Assembly: GCF_964204645.1 (NCBI RefSeq)
Contig: NC_134029.1
Span: 21,508,950 to 21,572,949, forward strand
Direction of reading: 5' to 3'
From: Tubulanus polymorphus
Lineage: Eukaryota; Animalia; Nemertea
DNA: 64,000 bases
The notes under the pieces are model-generated. The model was not told the DNA's origin, ran no database searches, and worked only from the letters and a program-made list of their open reading frames with translations. Of this stretch, positions 25,001 through 39,394 are shown one piece after another. A program made the position numbers and the translations under genes. How positions within the stretch are numbered: the stretch's first letter is position 1; each line of letters opens with the position of its first letter.

Positions 25001-28000
25001 GAAAATCTGCCGATTACAAACAGCGTCCTGTCTCGGCCGGCGGACAGGCCGGAAGCTCGCAGGAAGCTCTCGCGAAGAAACGCCAGGAATTACAGGAACG
25101 AGAGAAAAAGCGCCGCGAAGCAGCAAGAAAACAGGAACAGAACTACGCGCGACAACACCGCGAACTCGTCGAGAAACAGAGGGTTAGTATTTGTTTCATC
25201 GTGCAAAGTCTGGATGTAAAATTCACGCTTTCTCACAATATAAAGAAACATTGAAAATGATTGTGTTCAAATAGGGTTTAATCAATATTATTTGTGCTTT
25301 TTATATGCTTTGTTTGCTTATTTCATTTTCGATGTTTAATTTCCATGAAAAATCGAACATTAAGTTTCTTCTTTGCTTTCATTTCATTTTCCATTCGACA
25401 ATTTGAAGTCTTGCGCGGAATCAAAAGTAATGGCAGTTAGGGAACTTGGTATTCATGGGGAATTCAACACTTAAAAGAGTTTGTTGAACGCAAAACATCA
25501 GTGAAGCTTGAATTCACATGACCAGTTCAAATAAAACTGACAAATATTCAATACCAATGAAGGAGTGGTGTGGGTGAGGGGTTAAAGCGTTTGACTCTGG
25601 AAAGCCAAACCGTGAGTTCGAACCCGCGTACATTACCGTAGTTTCCACTTATCCTTCTCTACACCCAGGACTAAGTTGGTACCTGGTCTGATAGATGACT
25701 CCTGAGCGCTTAGGAGATGCTCAATTGTTACTTCTCCCCAGGGAGAGATGATTGATACATGGTTCGCATTATAGGCAGGGGTGACAACACCGATTTAATG
25801 GAAAGCGCCTTTGAACATTGTTTCAGTGGAAAGGGCACTATAGAAATTGAATTACTATCACTATCACCACTACTATCACTACTATCAATGTTAGTGTACA
25901 GTTCACTCCATCTTTCTCGATTAAGCTGCGTCTGAGCACCCAAAATAAGGGATATCTACTGTCGAGCTAAAAGTGTGATTTGCAGTGTGTTGTGTATGAT
26001 CTATATCTTACAGTTGAGTCGTTTAAACAAAGCTCGTGAAGAGGGTTGGAAAAACTGTATCGATTCACTAAATAGTTCAAATGAAGACGGGGTACGTTAT
26101 TCATACATGTTTAGATATTGATAAATATGGAAAAATATTGTTCAAACCTTGATCTCATTATAAGAATCATAATTCGGGTATTTGGTTCAGTGAATGTGTA
26201 ATACGGGGTTTTCTGTCTGATTTTTAGAAGAAAACCCCAGAACCTCAGCATGACGTAAAACCAGCTCCTTTACCACCTAAAGTGAGTACATACCGTAATC
26301 ACTATCACTGCCTTCTTCATCAGTCTGATGTATACCACTGCAACTACTAGCCTCAGCTTTTTCTGTCTACTTTATTTCTATCGCTTGATTCTCATTGAGT
26401 TGCTTTCGATTTTGCTTTATTTCGTTATAAACTGGAATGAATCCTCACAGTCGGTGAATTCCGATACAGTTCTTGTGCCGCTGTTTTATTGTCTAATCAT
26501 TTGTAGATGATGATGAACGTTCCTGCGCCTCAGCAAGATCGTGGAAAGTACGAACAATATCACGCCTACCTCGATAAACTACAAAATGACATGGGTAATT
26601 ATTAAAGTTGACTTTATTATATGGTTCACATATTGTTTTATGCATGTACATCTTGGATAATATTATTTGGTATTTTGTAGTTGGTCGTGCGATGAACCAA
26701 GCTCCAGTACGCAATGCTCCATCCCCAGTCCTAGCTCCAGCAGCTGCAAAAAGAGAGATTGAGAGGTAAGCCTTGCCTTTAGGAATCAGGTCAAATAGAT
26801 AAGTATAAATCGGTAAATGTTTGATTTGGTTATTTTAGCCGGCAAGCAGGCCGTAATGCAGCTTATCGAGGAGCGCAGGCTGCGGAAAGAGCACGTGTCG
26901 TTAATGAATTCATCAGTCGTAAGAAAGAAGCAGCTGCGAATAAGAAAAGAGCACAAGCTGAAATATTACATGGTGTAAGTACCGTACAGATAATCTTAAT
27001 GACTTGGTTACTGTTTGTAAGCGTTTATATTCGCCCTAACTCTTGTCTATTGTCAGGAGGTGAGTTTGATCAAGGTTGTATTTACCATCAGGTAGTGGTT
27101 ATTGAGCCATTTGGCGTGTCCCATGAGGTGGCTGGTTGTTGAGCAGGTAGCCCCAAGTTCCAACAGGTTTTATGAAACTAATGCTTGTTAAAATGTATTC
27201 AATATTTTAGCCCTATTCGCGACCAACTTCCGCCCAAGCGGCCGGAGACGGTAACAGACTTCCAAATCGTGCACCATCTGCGCAGAATAGACAAGAGGAG
27301 GTACGTAGGTTTATGTTAAAAAATGATTGTAAGAAAAAAGCCAGAAAACTGAACAATGCTTCGATGTTTTCCAGGAATATCTGAAACGTCTCGGTCAAAT
27401 CAGACAACAGAATTTGCAAGAGAGACGTGTTGTTAGAAATGATGGAGCAGGGGTATGTGTTTAAGACTGTTTTCATTCGAACATTTTACTTTGAATGATG
27501 TTTACCCGAACATGATTATTTCAATTCAGGATATATCTGCAAATGATGCTGAAATACGAAAGAAGAAAATTGAGGCGTTGAAGGTAAAATTCATCTATAA
27601 AACTGCCAAATCAAGTCTTTCATATATGTGATAAAGTTCAATATTACACCATGATTGTGTCACTTAATAACTTTGCTTTCTGCTTACTGGTGTTTTAGGC
27701 GCAAGCGGATGAAAGAGCTAAAAAACTAAAGGAACAACTTGAACAAAAGAGGAAAGATGCCTATGAGAAAGAGAAAGAACAACAACAGCAGCAGAAACAG
27801 TTCAATCGTGATAACAGAGTCCCAGCGCATCGGTAGGCCATATATAAACATTACTCATTACTTGTGATTTCTTGGATTTGTATATGTGATAATTCTTCGC
27901 TGCCATTTCAGAGCGGTACCTGTGTCTTCTCCTGCCCCTGTTATACCAATGACGAATGTAATGAAAGCGATCGGTGTCTCAGTCGACGACGAACAAAAAA

Positions 28001-31000
28001 CCGAACCGGAAAAATTAGAACGAGAGAAGTACGTTTATATGTTTTATGGAATTGTGTTTGGGGTTTTGAGCTTTGTATACGGACTGCATTACTCAATTTG
28101 TATTATTCATTCATAGAACTGCCGTTCAGAAGAAGAAAGAAGAGATTCTTAAACGTATTAATGAAAAGGTTAGTTAGTTAGCGGAACGCAGTCAGTTACC
28201 GTGTATGTTAATGCTAGACCGATTCATTTCACTCACGTAAGGCATGATTGTATTTTCAGCCACCGGTTAAAGAAAGACCGAAGTGGGGCGCAGCTGTAGA
28301 AATGGACCCAGCCAAAGAACGGCCTAAATGGGGTGTAGGTGCGGGCGATGGTAAACCATTATTTGCCAATCTTCCTCTTGAAGTTACATCATCAGCTATG
28401 GAAGGTATGAGAATTAGATGACTAATTCTTAATAGTAATGTATTTATAAAGATGTTGTAAAGTGTATTTATCTTTCATAAAAAGCCATACATGCAAATAT
28501 ATCAGTACATTTTTAAGTGCAATGTATGGTTATGAAGGATCCAGAACTATGCAACGTTTATGAGGCTTTCATTCTACTGTTGATATACGTGTATTTCGAA
28601 TGTATCTATTTCTAGCCACCAGCTCTCACGATGTAGTAATAAAACATGCGGTTGTTGCGACTCCAGAAAAGACGCCAGCGGAAGAGGCCGCTGATCCACC
28701 AGGGTCGAGTCGTAAACAGTGGGGCGGAGCTCCTAAAACTGTACTCGTCGCTTTAGAGAAAGCGAGCGTTATCGTTGACAGTACAACAATAACAATGCCT
28801 GAAGATGAGAAGGAAAGTCCCACCAAAGGTAAAGTGAAAGCATTCTACAGTTGTTTCGTGCACTTAACCCGATGTTACAATATTGATTATCAAAAGATAG
28901 AATTTAATGAATATTCCCTAAAATTCATAAAGACTAGTATTTTGATATTGCATGTAGCATTTCCATAATTGTGGCACTTTTGGAATAATTTTAATGTTAG
29001 AATGTTAAGTTTTCTGTGATAACACTGCAGGACCTAGTTCCACAGTTGTTAGTGTTAACTCTGAGTTCAAATTAGTTCATTTTCGATGAGTCAAATCTTA
29101 ACTCAGAACTGTGGAACGGGGCCCAGCACTTAAGAATCTAACTCTGGTACTGAGTTTTTAATAACCCTGTAACATGTATTTTGATTGTTTGACGTTGTTG
29201 AATTTTGCACACAGGTAATCGGAAACAAAATGTAGCATTTACAATCGATATCGAAGAAGAAACAACACCCCCGGCACCACCAGTTAGATCTGGTACTGTT
29301 ATAATTGATAAACCTTCTGTTGATACAAGTGAGTCCCCTATTGATTCACCAACCCAGGCCATTTGAGACATATCTGATACTTCATCATGAAAAACTAAAT
29401 GTTCATCCTATTTACCTGTACCATTAGAATATATCTTAATATCATCTAAGGGATCATTCATTAAGCACATATGCAAGCTTGCATATCGCTGTGTGGGGGG
29501 TCAAAAATTGATCGCTTCACCTTTGACATAACCCTTAAGATCGCGTACATTAAAATCAGCAAAATTTTGCTTACAACTTTGTTTACTGGCATGTCCTGGA
29601 ATATAGAAGGTCTACTCTTTGGTCTACAAGTATGACGCTCATGTGGAATGTTTCTGAAACGGTTTACTATGTCTCCATTGGTCTGATTATTTTTCTAAGT
29701 GTGAAATAGATGTTGTAATCGGTAGTTGCATGGTTTTCCTTTCTTCTTTCACCTGAAGGTAATTCAGATGTACCCACTGATACACCTCCTTCTGTCACCA
29801 ACGCACCATCGGCTGAAGCTATGAGTATGAATAGCAAAACTCAGGTTATAGAAAAAGATATGACATCAAAGACCCAAGTTTTAGATAAGAAATCCGAAGA
29901 AATCGCTGAAAATAAAGATTCAGAAGAGAAGCTCTCAGAGAAAGAGAAGCCTTCTGAAGAGAAGCCCTCAAAGACAGAGGAAGTCTCAGAGGAAGAAGAG
30001 AAATGTTCTGACAATTCCTCTGAAAAAGATAAATTGGAGGTCGGAGCTGAGAAACAAGGTTCTGTAGTTTGTAGTAAAACTATAAAGCTTCCAACGCTTA
30101 CTGTAACCTCTTCACCTCCTTCCGCTGTGCTACCTTCAAATGACGAAAATTTAGAGGTCATAGACATATCTCCTCAACCTTCTGTCATTACTTGCGATAA
30201 ACCTCCTGCACAACCAATCACTGATGCTTGGCTGAAAGGTAAAAAATGTAAAATTGAACACAACCTGACATCTGCTTTGCCGTTAATTTTCTCTTGTCTG
30301 CTTTATTTGATATTGTTATTTACTTGATTTTGTGATCCAGTGCGTTTTATTAGCTGCAAAATTAAGCTCACTCTCTTTTATTCATTAGTCACAATGAGAT
30401 ATTATCCTTATTATTTTATCAATATCTTGTACTTTATTACTGTTGAATTTCATTCCATTATGTGTTCATTCTTGTATGTTCATTCATTCTACAGAAAAAC
30501 CAGATGCACCTGAACAAAAACCTGAAGAATCAAAGCCTGATGAATCAAAACCAGAAGAATCAAACATGGCGACAAAACAAGAAGAGTCTAGTCAGAAATC
30601 CGAAGAGGTTTCAGCGAGTTTAATGGATAAAGTTGAATTGGATGAGGATGAAGATGAGAATCGACCTAGATCACAGATAAATTTGGGACTAACTACTGGA
30701 CAGTTTGACTGCGCACAAGCTAGTGTAAGTTTGCAAATATACAGATCTTCTATTTTTGTGGTGATATTTCATATACTATCAGTGCAATGAACACACTCAG
30801 AAATACATGTATATGACCATCATTTCTCCTACGTTATCATGGATACTATTAGTGTTCTGATACACAAATTGCTTTGGTCATTTATGATGGGATATGTATA
30901 CTATTCCTGTAATTGTATTTCAGTTACTGCGTACATGTTCGATGCCGGACTTATCCAAACTTTTCAAGACAATTGAAAGTCCAGCGAAAAGTCCAGAGAA

Positions 31001-32418
31001 AACTCCGATAAGTCAGAGTTTAGATTTAGCCATAATGGATGATTCGAAGGTGAGAAACATGAGAATGATGATTATAGTGAATGGGGCATCTTCTTGGGAT
31101 TAAATTAATTTTTTGCTTGTTCTGCTAGCAATCTTTGGACCTCGATGTAGACGACATTGAAGAAGATTATGTTGATGATGACGATGATGATGAAATTAAT
31201 GATGATACAAACTTTGGAGATGGAGACAGATTTTTGTATGAAAGCTAGAACCACTTTTCGCCAAGTAAATTTATGTGCTCGGTCAATAACTGTAGTTGTT
31301 TTATTTTACAGCGATGATGATGATGATGATGATGATGACAATGATGATGATGAAGATGATGATCTCTTAACTGTGATGGAATCGATGGAAAATATCCTTC
31401 ACAAAACTGGTAATTTTTTTCATAATCCCTTGTCCTAGTTGTAATTTCACTACATAATTGATCTTACGTCACAATTTCAGATATGGATACAAGTGGAGAA
31501 ACCAATGACAGTATAACAAAAGATGAAAATGAAGATGCTAGTTTAGAAGATGGTGATAATGAAGATGAAGAAATCGATGAGGATATGAATGAGGATGATA
31601 TTGTGATTGGTCAAACTATCATTCCAGGGAAGGAAGAGTGGCAATCAGGTGAAAATAAACTACCTGTATTAACATAAGATTCTCGCATTACTCTGAGGTA
31701 TGTTGTGAAGTTGTCAAAAATGAATTTGATTGATTTCAGATTCGTCAGATTACGACGATGACAATAATGAAGAACATGGAGCGACAAGAGATGAAGTGTT
31801 TTCGCGTCTCGAGGAAACACGAGCTAATCTCGAAGAGCAATTAGGATTCGATCGATTTATAGAGGCCTATAAAGCAGTTCAGGTATACGTTGGCTTACTA
31901 CTGTACATCGCAGTATTGCAATAGTGCTTCAATCAACAAATTTCTTTGGAACTTACAGTGATTAAGTGAAAAGTATTTGTAAAGATACAAATTTTACCGA
32001 TGTAGACAATCTATACTGGTATTGATTTTCGGATTTTTCAACATTGACAAACAGTAGGGACAGAAAAACTTTTAGTTATTCTGCCGGTTCGAATGGAGGC
32101 AAAATCTATTGTACAGTGCTACAGTGAATTTGAAATTTTTGTATTAAAATGTAATTGGTTTTTGTTTGACTTGTATATTTCAGGCGATTCACGAAGATGA
32201 AGACGAGAGTATAGAAGATTGTAGTAAAGTAGTTACTAAAATATTAGGAGATCAAAACCATCTTTATGATAAAATATTACGTCTTGTAATCGCTGATGGA
32301 GCTTATACCGAAGGTATGTTGCATATTATCATCATCCTCTTTTTGAGAACAGAGGGTTGGGGAATATTAATGAAATATACGCAATGTATTCATGTTTATG
32401 TTTTCAGATAACGAATGA
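22078..32418 (+). CDS. NEK1: NIMA-related serine/threonine kinase NEK1, multi-exon
   Basis: [28 protein letters not shown]; [14 protein letters not shown]; MDYCDGGDL; [12 protein letters not shown]; [31 protein letters not shown]; [27 protein letters not shown]1-specific tail motifs [49 protein letters not shown] and [13 protein letters not shown] (stop 32416-32418). Confidence 0.97.
23601..23832. mobile_element. MITE with CAGGGGCGGATCCAG-type termini (related copy ~39833-40078)
   Basis: CAAGGGTGGATCTAGG ... CCTTGGATCTGCCTCTG inverted termini with GC-rich subterminal GCACCC motifs. Confidence 0.6.
25561..25888 (+). mobile_element. tRNA-derived SINE with a Nin/DeuSINE-like core and L2-like tail, in a NEK1 intron
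   Basis: Degenerate A box (TGGTGTGGGTGAGGGG) and B box (GAGTTCGAACCC, ~25614-25625). Core CTCTACACCCAGGA..GGTACCTGG..CTCCCCAGGGAG. 3' part AAAGCGCCTTTGAACA..GGAAAGGGCACTATAGAAAT, then an (ACTATC)n tail. Confidence 0.8.
29031..29123. mobile_element. PIF/Harbinger-like MITE, CAG target-site duplication
   Basis: GACCTAGTTCCACAGTT ... AACTGTGGAACGGGGCC, flanked by CAG on both sides. Same family as 35530 and 52087. Confidence 0.8.
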
Positions 32419-32687
32419 GATGATTCTGCTGGTATTTTCAACTGAAAACTGAGATCTGATGATAGGAATTAATTTCTGCTGTGAATTCATTAACCGTCCA
32501 TGTGTATGTTGATTTTCTCCAGTTCTGACCTCTGTCTGTGATACACTAAATAACATATCCATTACACGCGCCACAGACCTCTGTGATATACATCAGAGAT
32601 TATAATAATCGTTTGTGTTCAAATTAGTGCTGTTTTATTGAATGTTAAGATTACTTAAAAGACGATTTATACGAAATGTATATTAGA

Positions 32688-32860
32688 TACAGTGGAACCT
32701 TTGGAACTTCAGGGGACCGGAAAATCTGTTCGTTAATATAATCAATAGTTGGTTATATCCAGGATGAAATTATTAAAATTTTCCTATTTCGAATGAAATT
32801 CTAGGTTAGTGATAACCAATGAATCGCTATATCCAAGGTCATTACAACAAGGTTCCGCTA
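32688..32860. mobile_element. TA-flanked Tc1/mariner (pogo)-like MITE downstream of the NEK1 stop
   Basis: TACAGTGGAACCT ... AGGTTCCGCTATA inverted termini. Confidence 0.55.
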
Positions 32861-33691
32861 TACTATTTCTAGAACAAGTCTATAGATAGTAGTGAACTAT
32901 GTAGTAAGACTCAGTATATGTGTATAGTGTGCTAGTTTAGAAATGTCTCTATATTCTATAGAAGACCTGTTTAACCGGGTTTTCTCGTTCAAACACATGA
33001 GATATTATTACAGAGCGTGTTTATAATTGTTAAGCTGTTTATTTTGTATATGTAATTATGAATGAATGTCTATGTGGGCAACTTAGACAAATGAATATAA
33101 CCAAGTGGATGAGTTCTAGACTCTAAATCTTTGAGTCTAGTTAGTTTCCATTTCATAGTTTCGATCTTTTTACCGTACCTGGTAGGCCTATAGAAAATGT
33201 ATAGATGTATTAAATGTCTTATACACATCAAAGGAGATGAATTTAGAAAACATTTAAGGATAAAATGTGTGGTCTTCATTGCAGAATTACTTTAAAACTT
33301 ATGTTTTTGTGACTTATATGAACATTTTGCTTGGAAAATATTAATCTACCAAAGTAAAAGTCCATCCATGGCGTTCCATAATGAAAATATATCAATAGGA
33401 AATTTTTAAAGGCCTATGATGTCGATTGCAATTTTGTTAAGGGGTATATACATGCTATGTAATATTTTTCATTTTATGCAATCTTGTAAAATAAAGATGC
33501 TTTTTAAACTGTATTGTTCTTTGTGAAGGCTTCAATTTTATTTGAGCTTTGTTTGAGGTAAATATCGTCGTTTCGTGTTGTAAATAAGCGTATTCTGGTT
33601 TTCGATTTGGTCTGCAAAGTGCGCGAAGTAGCATCCCAGTAGAAAGCGGTCGCTACCTTTACAGTTACGGAGCTCGTTCGTTTCACGCGAA

Positions 33692-34696
33692 ATGACGCAT
33701 AAAAGGTGTCCAAAATGCCACAACAAGGTATTTGTATTCATTGTTAAAGAAATTTAATGATATTTTCAGATCATGAGGTTATTTTATCAATATATTAAAG
33801 TTGAAATTAAATTTAAAGTCGATATATTGATTGTACTAATTAGCGAAAATCACCGATATATTTATTTTTCACTGATCGGTCGATGATGGATATTTTATTT
33901 CCTAGGGGAAGAATGATCAATTATTTTATTTCTAGGTGATGTTTTGTCACATTTAGATTTGATTAATTTGTTTCTGTTTATTAGATTCCAGTTGCTTGTA
34001 AGTCGTGTAAATGCGGTCATAAATTCCAAGTGCGATCAAAATTAGCTATTGATGATAAGGGTAAGTTAATTAACATCAAACTTGCTGGATCTTAATTAGA
34101 AAATTTCAAAAACTGCTAGTTTCTTGCCGATCTTTTAAAGGTAAAACCAGATTCCGGCCACCCACAAATATCAGCGAACGAAAGAAACGTTTGGTAAGAG
34201 TTCGGAAAGTCACGGCGCAATATCAGGCGAGCATTCCCGCCCGACTGAAACAAATCCGAAAAAAGGTCAGAGAAAACGTGACCGGGGCCGGTAGTACGGA
34301 CAGACGACCGGTAGGTCGACCTCGTAAAAATCCGATCAATCCATCGGTAAGTTCGTCGTCGAACTCGGCGACTTCAGAGACATCGGGAATTCAACATCAA
34401 CGGACGAAAAGACAAATGAAATGTGCACTAGCGAGAGCTAGAGATGAAGCAGGTTGGTACAAATAAATTAATCCTGTGAACCCTGTTACAACGACACCCC
34501 TAAATGCCGGTGTAGCATCTATACGGGAGAATTATGCGTGATTATTTTCTCATTACTTCGATTTTCAGAAAAAGTGACGGCGAATCAGAATGAAGAAACG
34601 TACAGTAATTTATCCGCGGAGAAAGCATTGCAGTATTCTATCATACTAGCCGAACTAAATCGCAAATACGCCATTCAAACATTTAAACCGATTTGA
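33692..34696 (+). CDS. C16orf87: UPF0547 protein C16orf87 homolog (zinc ribbon + AT-hook-like motif), 4 coding exons
   Basis: Spliced MTHKRCPKCHNK|IPVACKSCKCGHKF, matching human [23 protein letters not shown]. Central RRPVGRPRK. C-terminal YSNLSAEKALQYSIILAELNRK..FKPI*, matching human [22 protein letters not shown]. Exons ~33692-33727, 33985-34060, 34141-34451, 34569-34696. Confidence 0.9.
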
Positions 34697-35269
34697 ACGA
34701 GAAATCTCCGTTATTGTAAGACTTGTGTGCAATAGATAGTAAGAACTGCCTGCTGTAAATGATGAGAGAAGAGAGGATTAGGAAGTGTCATCGAATTCAA
34801 GTGAATTTAATGAGTCTGCTCGAAAGACTACAGTGTAAAATAAAAACCTGTATATTATACTACCTAGATCATTTATACTTTATATAATATCCATAGAAAT
34901 GAAATAACGAATAAAAACATTTGTTAGAAAGTACATACGTGTCTGAATTGCTTTATTTTTCGATTTTTCATGAACAAATCAAATTGTGAAATACGATATG
35001 CATCAGAATGTACTTTATTTACAATACAAAAATCTTTTAGCTTAGTTCCCGTTGAACAGATGATTATATAAAAAGATCCGCTTAGTACACAAATGCCTAT
35101 ACATTGTTTTATTATTCGATTTTTCATGAACAAATAAAATTGCGAAATTTGATACAAAAATTTCCATATGTGGTCATTTTTTTTTTCGCGAAATGCATTC
35201 CTTACGAACAGATGGAAGTGAAAATGTTCAACGTACATAAAATGTTCAGCCTCTGTAAAAGTTCTATGT

Positions 35270-38200
35270 TCAGTAGCGTTTCTTTCGTAAAATTTCTGGT
35301 TTCCAATGAATAGGATGAGTTTCTTCAGTCTGCAAATAAAAATTCGAAATTTAAGATATTTGAATCGGATACAGTGAATCCAGTATAAGTCCAAGGCGAG
35401 GATCTTTCCATGAACGAAATGTCTATTATGACACGGAACTAGTCAAAATTCTCCCTCAAGCTAACACGAACTGATATCATAAATTTAATTGCGGTTTACC
35501 AAAGTGACCCAGCTGATTAGGAGAATCAGGACCCAGTTCTACAGTTGTGAGTTAGAGTTAATTCTGAGGTAATGTTAGTTTTCATTTTCAATGAGTTAAC
35601 TCTGAGTCAAATCTTAACTCAGAACTGTGGAACTGGGCCCAGGGTGTCATTTTTGTTTAGCCTTAGCATTTTTTAAGAGCCTTACTAAATATTTTCATAA
35701 GTAAACACTTTGAGACTTCCTATGGATCCTGAATTCGAGGATTTCCTGTATTTTTACTTGTCTCGACATTGATCCGATGAGCATCGCAATACTTACCGCT
35801 GTGTCGTCCTCTTTATAAATTTTGATTGTTTTATCGGCCTCACACGTCACTAACCGCGATCCGCTGTTATCGAAAGTACACGAAAATATTCCGCTCTCCG
35901 AATCGATCGAACCGGGCTGAGCGCTCGTCGTCATTCGTTGGAAATTATAACCCGATTTCCAGTCCCAGAAATACAAACCACCGTTATCAGCTGCAAAAAT
36001 AAAATCAATAATCAAATTGGAGCAAGAGCCGCTGAGAAATTCACTCCATAAACACGTGTGAACAATCGATTAGTCTACCTCCTGATACGAGGACGTTATC
36101 CGAATTCAAGGCCAATCCATTCAAAATCGAATTGTGGCCGGTTAAATTCTGTAGGAAATTTCCATCGGGGAATTTCCATTGCTTGATATTATCCGGCGAT
36201 GCAGACGCAAATGTGTATCTAAAAGATAAAGTATAATCCGTGATTGTGATCTGTGATAGAAGGTTTGTTTCTTGCATGATATACTAATGTCCTATTTGGG
36301 ATGAAATTCAAGGTTTGTAATAACCAATAAATTGATTCCAGTTCAGTTTTTTTAGAATGTAGTCTTATTCTACTTACTGTGTTGGATGTAAAGCCAGAGC
36401 GCGCACACTTTTCTTGTGATTCGTCAATGTGACTTTCGACCGCCCGGCCACGAGATCCCACAGACGTATCGTACTATCGTGACTACCGGTTATAATCTGA
36501 GGTTCTGCAGCCTGACATTTTACTTGCGCCACCGTATTTTGATGACCTGTCAGTGTATGGATACACGCTTTCGTTCTCATATCCCAAACCTAAATATGAA
36601 ATTCGAGATGTCAAGCTTAGGTTATAAAATTCAAGATGGATTTACAGTCAGAAAACTTATTATCTCTGGTTGTCTGAAGTTGCCGAAGGAAATTTCAAAA
36701 TTGTCCTCGCCAAGAAGTAAGAAGACAGTACACTTCCAGACAATAAAATAGGCTTAAGTTTAGTGGTGAAGTCCGATTCAAGGATCGGAAAATACATCAG
36801 GAAATCAGATTATCTCATTTTTGTCTGAGAGTCAAAAGTCTGAGCTGATTTTTTATTTAGTTAGGTGAGGTTTACAATAAAATTTAAATGTACAGTAATT
36901 GACAAAAGATAATGGCAAACATGATATATGAATTACCCGAGCTGTAGCATCTCTTCCACATGTAACCAGTACATCAATAGTCGGATGAATATCGATTGAA
37001 TAACACGCGCTCAAATGGCCATGATAATGTCTGATCACCTAAAATCATAGAAAACAATTCTAAAACTGATGCTGAAACCGACCTCAATATTGCCGGGTGG
37101 CCACTTATATTTGACTTGCTTTTTTCACTTTTCCCTGTCATAAAAGTTATTTTCTCTTATCTGCTAAGAACCCAATCCAGATAAAGCAGTCAAATACATA
37201 AGACATAGAAGGAAACTGCTTGATTATACATGTACGCATCATGGCAATCTTAAACAAATTTCCTGATCTTTAGCTTTTTTTTACAAAATTCCCTTACTTT
37301 CCTAAACATAAGAAAATTCCTTGTCTTTTCCCTGATTTCCAGTTAAGTAGCCACCCTCTGTATTGACGACAAACTATATACTGACCTTATTATATTCCAA
37401 ATCCCAGCATTTCACCTGCTTGTCTTCACCGCACGAGAACAAAAATGGGTGTCGAGGGCTAACGACTAACCCTCGAACCGTACTCACGTGACCCGTCAGC
37501 GATAACTTCAACGTTCCCGACGCTAAATCCCAAATCTGAAATTTCAAAATCATTTACTGAATACAGTTTCACTCACTGAATCGATGTTAAAATCTGCATT
37601 TAGTTTTACCTTAATGACTCGATCTGCAGATCCAGTAGCGAACCATTCATTACCGGGTTCAAACGCCGCACATCTTACCCACCCTTGATGTCCACTTATA
37701 ACCTAAGTTGGAAAACATCGCATCAATAATCAACATATCAGATTTTATCCAGTTATATGATATGATTAATTTGCAAGTAAAATTTTTCTGAATTAATGAA
37801 TAAGCAAATACATTTTAAAATAAATTTTATATTAAATAAGGGACTGCTGCTTGTTTATACAAAAAGCAGCCCTAGAAATGAGAGAAAAACGAATATAAAG
37901 AAAAGAAAAATGACATGTTACGGTTGAACTTCAGAAATAACTACAGTTTAATACTAAAATCAAAACCTTACTCGGTATAGTTTCCAAGGTGGATGCCAGG
38001 AAGGTTTCGGCATCGTCGGTGCTTTTCGTTGAGTAAGCGCTGTTTTCATCTTATCACTGGCGATCTGCGAAAGAATAGCACAAAATTTTACCAACGACTT
38101 ATCGATTATCAAAAGGATGGTTACAGAATAAGAGAGTTTTTATTGAACAAACCCTCGACGGAGGGGCATAGCGCTCTAACGCTCCCGCGTTTTGTTGGAT

Positions 38201-39394
38201 ATCTTTAACACTGGCACCGACTCGACTAGTTTGATCGGGATGCGCTATATGCATGCCAGGTGGCGGGGCAGTATTCTGCGCCGAACCATTCGCCAGTACA
38301 ACTCCTGAAAGTATAAATCGATTTACAAAATTTCCTCTGAAATCACGATAAAATTATATTTGAGAGCACTGTGATGATATACCAGGTGCCGATGGATAGT
38401 TGAAGGTTCCTGCTATGGATGTATTAGTTTCAGACCACTGCTGGTTTTCGTCGGAGCCGTATGGAGCTGTCAACATTAAATTCTCTGGGTGTCTTGGTTG
38501 AAGGTGTTGCTGCTGTTTCGGAATATGCATTACGGCGCCGTATTCGTCTTTAGCTTTGCATTTCATCTTCATCTCTAAACTGAAACAAAAATTAAATAAA
38601 GGATATTTTTAGGTTAGTCACTACACATGTGGCGTATAATGTCTATTTCAACCTGACTTGAGAGCATACAGGGTGGCCTAGCTCAGTCAGTTGTGGTAGT
38701 ACATACCTGATTAAAGTCTTATTAGGACCAGAATGCATTGCCAGTCAACCTAAATCATCATTATTTAATCCATTTGAAACTATATTGAAGGATATCCAAA
38801 AAATCTGCATTGAGAGGTGTTCCTGAGAGAAAAGAGACTCCATGATTTGAAAGTTTAACAATATGTCTCCATGCCTACCAACTGAAATTTGATATGTAGG
38901 CATGGAAACATATTGTTAAACTTTCAAATCATGGAGTCACTTCTCTTCATTTAACCCCTTTCAGTGAAGACTTTTTGGATATCCTTCAATGCAGTTTCAA
39001 ATGGATTAAAAAATGATGATTTAGGTCGACTGTCTGTCCTTTCTGGTCCTATTAAGACCTTTATCAGGTATGTACTACCAAAAATGAGCGAGCTAGGCCA
39101 CCCGGAATGCTCTCCTGTCAGGTTGAAATAGACATTAGATGAAAGTTAGTTCCAGTGTTAGGCCGACGATGATTTTTTACCTTTGTTTGTCAGTTGCTGG
39201 TATATTTGCCTGATCCGAAAGAAACATATCATGAGTTCGTTTTAATGAACGAAATACTAAAGTATGTACGGAATGTTTTTGAACCTCCTGAAATCGAAAT
39301 ACCGTAATGTTTTATACGTCACGAACATCAAAATCATCGAATTAGAAATTTACTTCACTTCATTCAAAGAAATGTTGTCTCTTACCTCCATCAT
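35270..39394 (-). CDS. PLRG1: Pleiotropic regulator 1 (WD40 subunit of the PRP19/CDC5L complex), multi-exon
   Basis: MME|[22 protein letters not shown]; [16 protein letters not shown]; [10 protein letters not shown]; [12 protein letters not shown]; [16 protein letters not shown]; [12 protein letters not shown]; [12 protein letters not shown]; [15 protein letters not shown]|[19 protein letters not shown]. Confidence 0.97.
35530..35639. mobile_element. PIF/Harbinger-like MITE, CAG target-site duplication
   Basis: cag|GACCCAGTTCTACAGTT ... AACTGTGGAACTGGGCC|cag. Confidence 0.85.
37093..37358. mobile_element. MITE with CAGGGTGGCCAC-like termini (homolog of 12516-12772)
   Basis: CCGGGTGGCCACTT ... 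AAGTAGCCACCCT, internal sequence alignable to 12516-12772. Confidence 0.7.
38637..39137. mobile_element. ~500-bp foldback (fully palindromic) element in a PLRG1 intron
   Basis: TAATGTCTATTTCAACCTGAC ... GTCAGGTTGAAATAGACATTA. Two ~240-bp arms pair along their whole length around a ~17-nt loop near 38880-38896. TA at both ends. Confidence 0.9.

Noticed and set aside
25561-25635. Possible tRNA gene
   Set aside because: A and B boxes are present but there is no cloverleaf, and the sequence continues into a SINE core and tail.
34924-35394. 156-aa minus-strand ORF
   Set aside because: Non-ATG start; overlaps the last PLRG1 exon in another frame and runs through AT-rich 3'UTR containing a ~35-bp direct repeat.
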